From NCBI RefSeq assembly GCF_056746865.1, contig NZ_CM163382.1: a stretch of DNA of 64,000 bases, one strand, 5' to 3'. Position numbers and translations under genes: made by a program. Positions 40,774 to 49,174 of this stretch are shown in pieces. The notes beneath the pieces are model-generated. The model was not told where the DNA came from. It ran no database searches and saw nothing but the letters and a program-made list of their open reading frames with translations. Numbering within the stretch: the first letter of the stretch is position 1; each line of letters begins with the position of its first letter.

Positions 40774-40835
40774 GTAACCAATGTTACTACCAAGTGATGT
40801 TGCTATGGTTGACATTGTTATGTAACTATTGTTAC
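40774..40835. promoter_or_regulatory. right operator region (OR) with two dyad sites between cI and cro
   Basis: GTAACCAATGTTAC (40774-40787) and GTAACTATTGTTAC (40822-40835); consensus -35 TTGACA at 40809-40814. Confidence 0.55.
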
Positions 40836-40864
40836 CCTTCTGCTCGAAATAACAGGAGAGTTTT

Positions 40865-41080
40865 ATGTTCAAAGATGATGTTCTGCGCTATTTCAAAAAA
40901 AAGCGACTAGTAGCTGAGGCTCTTGGAATTTCACATGTGGCTGTTGTGCGGTGGAAAGCAGTTATTCCCAAACTTCGCGCAATGGAACTGGATGAAATTA
41001 CTAACGGTGAATTGAAATACAACCCAGAACTTTACAAGAAGCAGGATAGCACCTCGAACGAAGGAAAGAATGATTCATGA
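40865..41080 (+). CDS. cro: Cro-like HTH regulator
   Basis: 71-aa ORF divergent from cI across the operator region; HTH AEALGISHVAVVRW. Confidence 0.7.
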   Translation: MFKDDVLRYFKKKRLVAEALGISHVAVVRWKAVIPKLRAMELDEITNGELKYNPELYKKQDSTSNEGKNDS

Positions 41081-41502
41081 AAATCAAGCATGAACACATC
41101 CGCATGGCGATGAATGTCTGGGCGCATCCGGACGGCGAAAAAGTACCGGCTGCGAAAATTACCAAAGCGTATTTCGAGCTGGGAATGACGTTCCCGGAAC
41201 TGTATGACGACAGCCATCCGGAAGCCCTGGCCCGTAATACCCAGAAAATTTTCCGTTGGCTGGATAAAGACACCCCTGATGCTGTTGAAAAAATGCAGGC
41301 TCTGTTACCGGCGATCGAAAAGGCGATGCCGCCTTTGCTGGTGGCCCGTATGCGCAGCCACAGTTCTGAATATTACCGTGAGATCGTCGAACGGAGGGAT
41401 CGGCTGGTGAAGGATGTCGATGATTTTGTTGCGTCAGCGGTTGTTTTGTATGACCAGATGAATCGCGGCGGCCCGGCAGGGAATGCTGTGGTGATGCACT
41501 AA
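41077..41502 (+). CDS. CII/YdaT-like early regulatory protein
   Basis: 141-aa ORF directly after cro (ATGA overlap), in the position of Rac ydaT / lambda cII; sequence similarity not verified. Confidence 0.45.
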   Translation: MKIKHEHIRMAMNVWAHPDGEKVPAAKITKAYFELGMTFPELYDDSHPEALARNTQKIFRWLDKDTPDAVEKMQALLPAIEKAMPPLLVARMRSHSSEYYREIVERRDRLVKDVDDFVASAVVLYDQMNRGGPAGNAVVMH

Positions 41503-41524
41503 AAGCACGGTGTTCGGGGGTTTT

Positions 41525-42487
41525 ATGAGCAGCAAGCTTCATGGTCTTGTCTGGGAAGGGTGCGCCTTCACCGGCATGATCTTATCCAGGGTGGCGGTTA
41601 TGGCCCGTCTTGCAGACTACAGCAATGACGAGGGCGTGTCATGGCCTGCCATTGAAACTATCCGGCGTCAGATCGGTGCAAGAAGTGAATCCACAGTGAA
41701 ATCGGCTATTGCAGAACTGGCGAAAGAGGGCTGGCTGACGAAGGAAGAGCGTAAGGTCGGTGGGCGTAATGTAAGCAATATCTATCGGCTTAATGTGGAA
41801 AAACTCGAAGCAGCTGCGGCGGCGGCGCGTGAGTCATATAAACCGAAAAGAAAAATTAGCCCGGCAAAAAATGACCCGTTAACAGTTGACCCGTCAAATA
41901 TTGACCCCTCAACGGTTGACCCGTCAAATTTTGATGGATCAACTGTTGATAAAAAACTGCCGATTAGGGGGGCGATGATTGACCCCGATCCGTCAGTATT
42001 AAAACCTGATCCGTCAGATAAAAGATCTTCTTGTCCGGACGCTTCGCAACCGGACCCGCAGACGGCTGAACAGGATTTTTTAACCCGACACCCTGACGCG
42101 GTTGTGTTCAGTGCGAAAAAACGCCAGTGGGGAAGTCAGGAAGATTTGGTGTGCGCACAGTGGATCTGGGGACGAATCGTGAGTCTTTACGAGCAGGCGG
42201 CCAGCGATGATGGCGAGATCACTAGACCGAAAGAACCCAACTGGACAGCATGGGCCAATGACGTTCGCACAATGCGGATGCTGGATGGCAGAACTCACAG
42301 ACAAATTTGTGAAATGTTTGGGCGTCTCCAGCGGGATTCGTTCTGGGTAAAAAACATCATGAGTCCGGCAAAACTCCGGGAAAAATGGGATGAACTGGTT
42401 ATCCGCCTGGGGCGTTCGCCTGCGCAGCGTTGCGTGAATCACATTTCTGAACCGGACACTGAAATACCGCCGGGATTCAGGGGGTGA
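41525..42487 (+). CDS. replication initiation protein (O-like / YdaU-like)
   Basis: N-terminal winged-helix region; internal tandem DP(S/L)xV repeats encoded by iterons; followed by a DnaC-like loader; ATG at 41525 preferred over GTG at 41510. Confidence 0.7.
   Translation: MSSKLHGLVWEGCAFTGMILSRVAVMARLADYSNDEGVSWPAIETIRRQIGARSESTVKSAIAELAKEGWLTKEERKVGGRNVSNIYRLNVEKLEAAAAAARESYKPKRKISPAKNDPLTVDPSNIDPSTVDPSNFDGSTVDKKLPIRGAMIDPDPSVLKPDPSDKRSSCPDASQPDPQTAEQDFLTRHPDAVVFSAKKRQWGSQEDLVCAQWIWGRIVSLYEQAASDDGEITRPKEPNWTAWANDVRTMRMLDGRTHRQICEMFGRLQRDSFWVKNIMSPAKLREKWDELVIRLGRSPAQRCVNHISEPDTEIPPGFRG
41870..41944. repeat. origin-type iterons: five tandem 15-bp repeats, each an internal TTGAC..GTCAA dyad
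   Basis: atgacccgttaacag / ttgacccgtcaaata / ttgacccctcaacgg / ttgacccgtcaaatt / ttgatggatcaactg at 15-bp phase inside the initiator gene. Confidence 0.65.
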
Positions 42488-42493
42488 CGTGTC

Positions 42494-43240
42494 ATGAAAA
42501 ACATTGCGGCAGTTGGGGTTCTTGAACGTATTCGCAGACTTGCACCACAGGGGTCGGTTCCACCGTACCGGACGGTGGAGGAGTGGCGGGAATGGCAACT
42601 TGCTGAAGGACGAAAACGCAGCGAGGAGATTAACCGCCAGAATCGCCAGTTGCGGGTGGAAAAAATCCTGAATCGTTCGGGCATCCAGCCTCTGCACAGC
42701 AAATGCTCGTTTGCAAATTATCAGGTGCAGAACGACGGGCAAAAATACGCGCTGAGCCAGGCCAAATCCATAGCTGACGAACTGATGACCGGGTGCACGA
42801 ATTTTGTGTTCAGCGGTAAAACCGGCACCGGGAAAAATCACCTTGCAGCGGCGATGGGCAACCGGCTGATGGTGAAGGGGCGCAGCGTGATTATCGTCAC
42901 CGTGTCTGACGTCATGAGCGTGTTGCATGACAGCTACGACAACGGCAAATCCGGGGAAAAATTTTTACAGGAGCTTTGCGGGGTTGATTTGCTGGTCCTG
43001 GATGAAATAGGCGTTCAGCGGGAGACGAAAAACGAGCAGGTGGTATTGCACCAGATAATTGATCGCCGGACAGCATCACTGTGCAGTGTCGGGATGTTAA
43101 CAAACCTGAATCATGCCGCAATGAGTACGCTTCTTGGTGAGAGGATTATGGACCGCATGACCATGAACGGTGGTCGATGGGTGACGTTTAACTGGGATAG
43201 CTGGCGTCCAAATGTCAGCAATATGAGGGTTGTGAAGTAA
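42494..43240 (+). CDS. DnaC-like helicase loader (IstB-type AAA+ ATPase)
   Basis: Walker A GKTGTGKNHLAAA and Walker B LLVLDEIG. Confidence 0.85.
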   Translation: MKNIAAVGVLERIRRLAPQGSVPPYRTVEEWREWQLAEGRKRSEEINRQNRQLRVEKILNRSGIQPLHSKCSFANYQVQNDGQKYALSQAKSIADELMTGCTNFVFSGKTGTGKNHLAAAMGNRLMVKGRSVIIVTVSDVMSVLHDSYDNGKSGEKFLQELCGVDLLVLDEIGVQRETKNEQVVLHQIIDRRTASLCSVGMLTNLNHAAMSTLLGERIMDRMTMNGGRWVTFNWDSWRPNVSNMRVVK

Positions 43241-43261
43241 TTTTGTCCGGAGGAAATTTTA

Positions 43262-44032
43262 ATGGAAACCGTATCTGACGCACTGAAAGCACTGAAAAAA
43301 GCCTCTTCACATGTGGTGGCAGCTCGCCTTGGAATCAGTCGTGAAGAGGCTGTCAACGAGCTGTGGGAACTCAAAAGAAATGGCGTCGTTGATAAAACTG
43401 GTCACACCTGGTTTCTGGCTGGCGAAGGTGAATCCCGGGTAACCGAAGAGCGGCCAGTAAAATCTGAAGCACAGGATATGCTGACCGGGGAGGTCGAACA
43501 AAAAGTTACCGCAGACATGATGATTGAGTTTATCGGTCAGGATGGGGCTAAAACGTGTGAGGAACTGGCGGGTAAGTTCGGTGTCAGTACTCGCAAGGTT
43601 GCTTCCACGCTGGCGGTGGTAACCGCAACGGGGCGGCTGGCACGCGTTAATCAGAACGGTAAATTTCGTTACTGCATGCCGGGCGATAATTTACCAGCAG
43701 AGCCGAAAGCCGCGCTGGTAACGGAAAGTGATGGTAAGGCCTTTCCTCAGCCAGCAGGTGCTGCGTTACCAGGCCGGGAAGCCGCAACACAGGAAGAAAT
43801 TAAAACAGAAACTGTGGCGGACATTGTGCAGTCGTTGCCATCGTTTACCGAAACGCAAGCAGATGAGCTGATTTTTCCGTCCCTGCGCAGGGCAAACCTG
43901 GCGCTGCGCAGGGCGAAAAGTGATGTTCAGAAGTGGGAGCGAGTCTGCGCCGCGCTGCGGGAGCTGAACAAGCACCGGGATATTGTTCGACAGATTACTG
44001 ATTCTTCCCGCCGTGTTGTATCGGAAAAGTGA
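43262..44032 (+). CDS. hypothetical phage protein
   Basis: 256-aa ORF with AGGAGG-like RBS; N-terminal region may be winged-helix. Confidence 0.55.
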   Translation: METVSDALKALKKASSHVVAARLGISREEAVNELWELKRNGVVDKTGHTWFLAGEGESRVTEERPVKSEAQDMLTGEVEQKVTADMMIEFIGQDGAKTCEELAGKFGVSTRKVASTLAVVTATGRLARVNQNGKFRYCMPGDNLPAEPKAALVTESDGKAFPQPAGAALPGREAATQEEIKTETVADIVQSLPSFTETQADELIFPSLRRANLALRRAKSDVQKWERVCAALRELNKHRDIVRQITDSSRRVVSEK

Positions 44033-44047
44033 TTGCCGGAGGCGCTT

Positions 44048-44470
44048 ATGGCAAAAGTATTTACACAAGAAGAGCGGGAAAAAATTAAAGGGCAGGTTGT
44101 TGAACTTGTACGTCTGAGCGGTCGCGAGACGTTGCGGCAACTGGAAGCCAAGACAGGTGCGACAAGATATCTGATGAGTGTTCTCGCCAGAGAGCTGGTT
44201 GCCAGTGGCGATGTATACAACTCTGGTTACGGGTTATTCCCGTCTGAACAGGCGCGTAAGGACTGGCAAAACGCCCGCAAAAAACTCTCAAGGGCAAATC
44301 TGAAGAAACCATCTGTGGTTGATCCTGACCTTATCTGGCCATTACCAGACGGCGAAATACGCCGCTACGACAGGCGTCAAAACATAATCTGTAGCGAGTG
44401 CCGGAAGAGCGAAGCTATGCAGCGTGTACTGGCTTTCTATCAGGGTAATTTTCAGAAGGTGCTGTTGTGA
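44048..44470 (+). CDS. hypothetical phage protein
   Basis: ATG 7 nt after GGAGG; track ORF 44033-44470 begins at an upstream TTG. Confidence 0.5.
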   Translation: MAKVFTQEEREKIKGQVVELVRLSGRETLRQLEAKTGATRYLMSVLARELVASGDVYNSGYGLFPSEQARKDWQNARKKLSRANLKKPSVVDPDLIWPLPDGEIRRYDRRQNIICSECRKSEAMQRVLAFYQGNFQKVLL

Positions 44471-44575
44471 GCCAAATTAACAATCGGAACTTCGTGAAGA
44501 GAAAGCATAATCCAAATCTGAATAATTAAGTTCAGCACTGTAAATAAAATTTAATCCTTAACTGGAGGTATATCT

Positions 44576-44689
44576 ATGTCAAATACACAGAAAATTATTA
44601 ACACTGAAAAATATAACGAGTGGGTGAAAAATTCTCTGAGCAGATTTTTAAAATTACTGGCGACGAGAATGTGGCAAAAAATGAATTAG
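44576..44689 (+). CDS. hypothetical 37-aa ORF
   Basis: ATG 8 nt after GGAGG at the end of repeat motif copy A; an overlapping alternative frame exists. Confidence 0.25.
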   Translation: MSNTQKIINTEKYNEWVKNSLSRFLKLLATRMWQKMN

Positions 44690-44819
44690 AACCGTGGACA
44701 CCTGAAGGAAACGCACCAAATTATTGCTGGTGGGAGGTTGATCCGGTTGATGCTGCAAATGAAGCCATGAGTTACCACAACGATTAATGTCGGGAGGCCG
44801 CCCGAAAGGGCGGTAAGAA

Positions 44820-45038
44820 ATGACTACATTATTCAGAAAAGAATATCCGCAAAAAAGTAGGGCGACAGAATTTTTGTTTCTCATTCTGTTTATCGTATTG
44901 ATGATACCGATATCCCCTCTAATTTTTGTCTGGGCAATCGGGAAAATAATTGAGCCAGTTTCTGAATTGTATAACGACGTGGTGTGGGCGTCATTCAACA
45001 CACTGCACAATAAAATTAATCCGTATAAGGAAAACTGA
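44820..45038 (+). CDS. small hydrophobic protein
   Basis: 72-aa ORF preceded by SD-hairpin element copy 1; one predicted TM segment. Confidence 0.5.
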   Translation: MTTLFRKEYPQKSRATEFLFLILFIVLMIPISPLIFVWAIGKIIEPVSELYNDVVWASFNTLHNKINPYKEN

Positions 45039-45039
45039 T

Positions 45040-45243
45040 ATGGCAACTTTGACAAAAAAAGAACGGGCATGGTTGAACGAATTACAGGAAGTTCTTGATC
45101 GCTGTCCATCACCGAAAAAATTGGCTTTTACACCATTGGCGATAAAAGCATTTACCTGTATGACCTACGCCGCATGGATGAAATCATGGAGGCTCTTGAT
45201 AATCGTTCGTCGATGGATTGGTGTGTTGCTGTTCATGATATGA
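45040..45243 (+). CDS. hypothetical protein, possibly frameshifted
   Basis: MATLTKKERAWLNELQEVLDRCPSPKK...; a protein-like continuation exists in another frame to 45302. Confidence 0.3.
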   Translation: MATLTKKERAWLNELQEVLDRCPSPKKLAFTPLAIKAFTCMTYAAWMKSWRLLIIVRRWIGVLLFMI

Positions 45244-45433
45244 ATGCAGGGTTTGATGAAAAGATTTTGTTCCCCTCATCAGTTGAAAGCACTGCGGGTT
45301 AAGGAGTAACACATGACCACTATTACCAAAGAACGTATTGAATTGTTCATTAAATTTTCAGGAGGCGGTACTGTGAGTGAAATTAGCTATCAGGCTTCAA
45401 TTACCGCTGGCATTCGCATCAAAGGAGAGGAGC

Positions 45434-45790
45434 ATGGAAATAAAACCAGAGGATGAGTTAAGCAATATCGTTTTATTTCCGGTAAAAGAGGATGACCCTC
45501 GTAATCAGGTTAATTTTCTTTATGAGCCATCGGAAAGACCATATTGTCATCACGCCTCTGTCCGGGTTGACGAAAAAGAGCGTCAGGTCCGCTGTAAAAT
45601 CTGCGGTGCAGTTGTGGAACCATTTGACTGGATGCTCTCTGTGGCGAAAAGAGAAACCAGACTGGCAGATGATGTAAGGCTCTTGCGTCAGGAGGAGCGG
45701 GAAAGGCGAAAAAATATAGAAAAGCTAATTCAGATTGAGCGTAACGCGAAAGCGCGGATACGCAGGGCGACAAAATCCAGAACTGAATAA
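45434..45790 (+). CDS. hypothetical Cys/His-containing protein
   Basis: ATG after AAGGAGAGGAG; product has CHH...C..C cluster (putative zinc site). Confidence 0.5.
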   Translation: MEIKPEDELSNIVLFPVKEDDPRNQVNFLYEPSERPYCHHASVRVDEKERQVRCKICGAVVEPFDWMLSVAKRETRLADDVRLLRQEERERRKNIEKLIQIERNAKARIRRATKSRTE

Positions 45791-45883
45791 TTAAATTTAG
45801 CTCTGTTAAAAATTTAATCCTTAACCGGAGGGATTTCTGCACCCTCAGAACATCAGGAGGCCGCCCGAAAGGGCGGTAGTTAA

Positions 45884-46066
45884 ATGCGAAAGTTTAAAAT
45901 AATTATTGAAACGGGAATAGCCGGTGGAGATTTCGAGGATGAATTCGAAGTGGATGATGATGCGACGCCTGATGAAATACATGACGAAGCAAAAGATATT
46001 TTCTTTAACTACTGCAATTACTCATATCACGAAATAAAAGACGAAGAGGAAGAACAAAATGGCTGA
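45884..46066 (+). CDS. small acidic protein
   Basis: 60-aa ORF preceded by SD-hairpin element copy 2. Confidence 0.5.
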   Translation: MRKFKIIIETGIAGGDFEDEFEVDDDATPDEIHDEAKDIFFNYCNYSYHEIKDEEEEQNG

Positions 46067-46235
46067 TTTTGGTTCAACTAAATACAACGTCGGTTTTGAA
46101 GAATGGCATGAACTGTTAATGGACTATGCAGAGTTACGTGGTGGCAGTGCTGCTGATGCTGAAGCATGGCGTGATGATTATGAAGCAGGAAAAACTCCGG
46201 TCGAAGCATATTGTGATGAGTGGGGCGATGAATGA
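46059..46235 (+). CDS. hypothetical 58-aa protein
   Basis: Manual translation MADFGSTKYNVGFEEWHELLMDYAELRGGSAADAEAWRDDYEAGKTPVEAYCDEWGDE; start overlaps the preceding stop. Confidence 0.3.
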   Translation: MADFGSTKYNVGFEEWHELLMDYAELRGGSAADAEAWRDDYEAGKTPVEAYCDEWGDE

Positions 46236-46717
46236 GCGAGGTTAATTATCAGGAAGGGCATGAAACGGCGGGGCAAGCAAAAACAGTGGCATGGCGATAT
46301 CGCTACGTGAAAAAAAGGCGTTACGGACTTTCAGGGGAAGTAGTGGTCTGGTGACTGGAAATATGTACCGAAAAAAGAGGATTGTAACGACAGGCCGAAC
46401 TATGAAATTCAGGCCTTATTCACTGCCCCGCCAGTCCCGGTTACATCAGAAGAACTGGTTAAAGCTGTGCACTTTTATGAACAACTAAAATGCGAAAATC
46501 CACCAGCATCCGGAAACCTGATTACAGATTCCCAGATAAGGCAATGAGCTACCTGGCGCAGAACGGGCTGATAAGTATGGGGAATGTTTTACGATGAATA
46601 TTTAGACTAAAGAGTTTGTAACGCTATGTAAGTGATTTTTTCTGGTTTAGATATTTATATGTCCGGCTAAATTGAGGTGTGTTTAAATGTTATTGCACAT
46701 TGATTGTAGGGGGAATA

Positions 46718-46897
46718 ATGAAAAACGCATTGCAGTTTTTGTTTGTTGCGTTCTGGTTGTTCGCATCATGTATGCCCATCATCTTCACAGCAAGGTATAT
46801 GGAAAAAGTTGATGTTTTGATATTAATGTTTGGACATATAAATGCCCTTTTTTTAGGGGTGTTCATGGCGGTCATGTGCATTGAATACTGGCGGTAA
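46718..46897 (+). CDS. small membrane protein (AT-rich gene)
   Basis: ATG after AGGGGGAATA; product MKNALQFLFVAFWLFASCMPIIF... with two hydrophobic segments. Confidence 0.4.
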   Translation: MKNALQFLFVAFWLFASCMPIIFTARYMEKVDVLILMFGHINALFLGVFMAVMCIEYWR

Positions 46898-47155
46898 ATA
46901 CAGCGAACGCCATTGGTTTAGTTGGATATTTACTGTGCCGGACAAAAACGGTTTGCGGGGAAATCTTAGTTAAGTAGAATGACTGCGGGTGCTTGAGGCT
47001 ATCTGTCTCAGGCATGAACACCAAAAGGCAGATAGAGAAAAGCCCCAGTTAACATTACGCGTCCTGCAAGACGCTTAACATTAATCTGAGGCCATATCTA
47101 TGCGACACATAGAGATTAGCCTCTTACGGACCGAAAGGTCAAGGAGAAGCAGGCT

Positions 47156-47311
47156 ATGAAGCAGCAAAAGGCGATGTTAATCGCCCTGATCGTCATCTGT
47201 TTAACCGTCATAGTGACGGCACTGGTAACGAGGAAAGACCTCTGCGAGGTACGAATCCGAACCGGCCAGACGGAGGTCGCTGTCTTCACAGCTTACGAAC
47301 CTGAGGAGTAA
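47156..47311 (+). CDS. hok: Hok/Gef-family type I toxin (51 aa)
   Basis: MKQQKAMLIALIVICLTVIVTALVTRKDLCEVRIRTGQTEVAVFTAYEPEE matches the recalled HokD/RelF sequence; short overlapping upstream ORF 47100-47159 (mok-like); 3' stem-loop 47319-47340. Confidence 0.8.
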   Translation: MKQQKAMLIALIVICLTVIVTALVTRKDLCEVRIRTGQTEVAVFTAYEPEE

Positions 47312-47478
47312 GAGACCAGGCGAGGGGGAAATCCCTCGCCACCTCTGATGAGTCAGGCATCCTCAACGCACCCGCACTTAACCCGCTTCGGCGGGTTTTG
47401 TTTTTTCCTGGCATTCTGGTTTACAATTCGCACGTCAGCCTGAACACCTGACACCTGCTGCGCCAGTAGAGAAAACAG

Positions 47479-47751
47479 ATGGCGCACAAAACCAAATTTC
47501 ACAATTCTGATACCGACCTTGCCATCCGGCATGGGCGGCGTTCACACGCATTTAAAACCGACTGGTACCAACACCCACCATGTACTGAAGAACAGGCCGA
47601 ATGGCTAATTCATAACTACCGCAGACGCGGATACGAGATTAAGAAAGCCCTCAGCCTCGATTATCGTCACTGGATAATCTATGTCAGGCTCCCTTATTCC
47701 GAACGCTCACCGCGCCCATCCCGCACATTCCAGCAACGCATCTGGAGGTAA
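47479..47751 (+). CDS. hypothetical protein (Rem-position)
   Basis: 90-aa ORF between hok and the DUF968 gene, the position of rem in the Qin hokD-rem-ydfU arrangement. Confidence 0.45.
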   Translation: MAHKTKFHNSDTDLAIRHGRRSHAFKTDWYQHPPCTEEQAEWLIHNYRRRGYEIKKALSLDYRHWIIYVRLPYSERSPRPSRTFQQRIWR

Positions 47752-47752
47752 C

Positions 47753-48802
47753 GTGCGGATATTACTTCGACCTGTTCTGGTACCGGAACTCGGGCTGGTG
47801 GTCCTTAGGCCGGGCCGTGAATCCATGCCGGTATTCCACAATACCCGGGTACTGGTGGAGCCTGAACCGAAAAGCATGCACGGTCTGCCGTCCGGAGTCG
47901 TCCCTGCCGTTCGCCAGCCGCTGGCGGAGGATAAATCATTTCTGCCATTTTTCAGCGATGAGCGGGTGATTCGTGCTGCTGGCGGCGCTGGGGCACTGTC
48001 TGACTGGCTGTTGCGTCATGTCAAATCCTGCCAGTGGCCTCATGGTGACTATCATCACAGTGAAATCGTCATACATCGTTACGGTACCGGCGCGATGGTG
48101 TTGTGCTGGCACTGCGACAACCAGTTGCGCGACCAGACCTCCGAATCACTCGGGCAACTTGCTCATCAAAACCTGTCAGCATGGATGATTGACGTCATAC
48201 GCCATGCAATGAATGGCACGCAGGAGCGGGAATTGTCGCTGGCTGAATTATCCTGGTGGGCGGTCCGCAATCAGGTGGCGGACGCGCTACCGGAAGTGGT
48301 ATTACGTCGTTCGCTGGGGTTGCGTGCGGAAAAAATCCGCTCAATGTACCGTGAAAGCGACATCGTACCGGGAGAGCAGACCGCCACCAGCATACTGAAA
48401 CAGCGCACAAAAAATATTGCGCCGCTGCCTCACGCCCACCAGCAACAGAACCCACCACAGGAAAAGACGGTGGTCAGCATTGCCGTTGATCCTGAGTCTC
48501 CGGAATCTTTCATGAAACGACCTAAACGTCGCCGCTGGGTTAACGAGAAATACAAACGCTGGGTGAAGACACAGCCGTGTGCGTGTTGTGGTAAGCCAGC
48601 CGACGATCCCCATCACCTGATTGGTCATGGTCAGGGCGGAATGGGGACAAAATCTCACGATATTTTCACGCTACCGCTGTGTCGGGAGCATCACAACGAG
48701 CTTCATGCGGATCCTCTGGCGTTCGAACAAAAGCATGGTTCTCAGGTTGATTTAATTTTTCGTTTTCTTGATCACGCCTTTGCAACTGGCGTGCTTGGGT
48801 AA
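47753..48802 (+). CDS. DUF968-family (YdfU-like) protein with C-terminal Cys/His motif
   Basis: GTG start 3 nt after GGAGGTA; C-terminal ...CACCGKPADDPHHLIGHGQGGMGTKSHDIFTLPLCREHHNELH; track ORF 47681-48802 is an upstream extension. Confidence 0.7.
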   Translation: MRILLRPVLVPELGLVVLRPGRESMPVFHNTRVLVEPEPKSMHGLPSGVVPAVRQPLAEDKSFLPFFSDERVIRAAGGAGALSDWLLRHVKSCQWPHGDYHHSEIVIHRYGTGAMVLCWHCDNQLRDQTSESLGQLAHQNLSAWMIDVIRHAMNGTQERELSLAELSWWAVRNQVADALPEVVLRRSLGLRAEKIRSMYRESDIVPGEQTATSILKQRTKNIAPLPHAHQQQNPPQEKTVVSIAVDPESPESFMKRPKRRRWVNEKYKRWVKTQPCACCGKPADDPHHLIGHGQGGMGTKSHDIFTLPLCREHHNELHADPLAFEQKHGSQVDLIFRFLDHAFATGVLG

Positions 48803-48814
48803 AAGAGGTGACTG

Positions 48815-49174
48815 ATGCTCATAGATTTGGTTTTACCTTACCCGCCGACGGTGAACACTTACTGGCGACGCCGTGGCAGCACATATTTTATTTCGGAGGA
48901 GGGAAAGCGTTATCGCCGGGCTGTGGCGCTTATTGTTCGCCAGCAGCGGCTGAAATTAAGCCTGTCCGGAAGGCTGGCGATAAAGGTGATTGCAGAGCCA
49001 CCGGATAAGCGTCGTCGCGACCTGGACAATATCCTGAAAGCACCGCTGGATGCGCTGACGCATGCGGGAGTGTTAATGGACGATGAGCAGTTTGATGAAA
49101 TCAATATTGTACGTGGTCAGCCAGTATCTGGTGGACGGCTGGGTGTGAAGATTTACAAAATTGAGAGTGAGTGA
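48815..49174 (+). CDS. rusA: RusA Holliday-junction resolvase
   Basis: 119-aa ORF with RusA signature ...DKRRRDLDNILKAPLDALTHAGVLMDDEQ... Confidence 0.85.
   Translation: MLIDLVLPYPPTVNTYWRRRGSTYFISEEGKRYRRAVALIVRQQRLKLSLSGRLAIKVIAEPPDKRRRDLDNILKAPLDALTHAGVLMDDEQFDEINIVRGQPVSGGRLGVKIYKIESE

Noticed and set aside
41870-41944. Possible CRISPR array
   Set aside because: Repeats are only 15 bp, directly tandem with no spacers, in frame within a replication gene; these are origin iterons, not CRISPR.
43766-44220. Minus-strand ORFs of 97-124 aa
   Set aside because: Antisense to two well-supported rightward phage genes; Arg/Cys-rich shadow frames.
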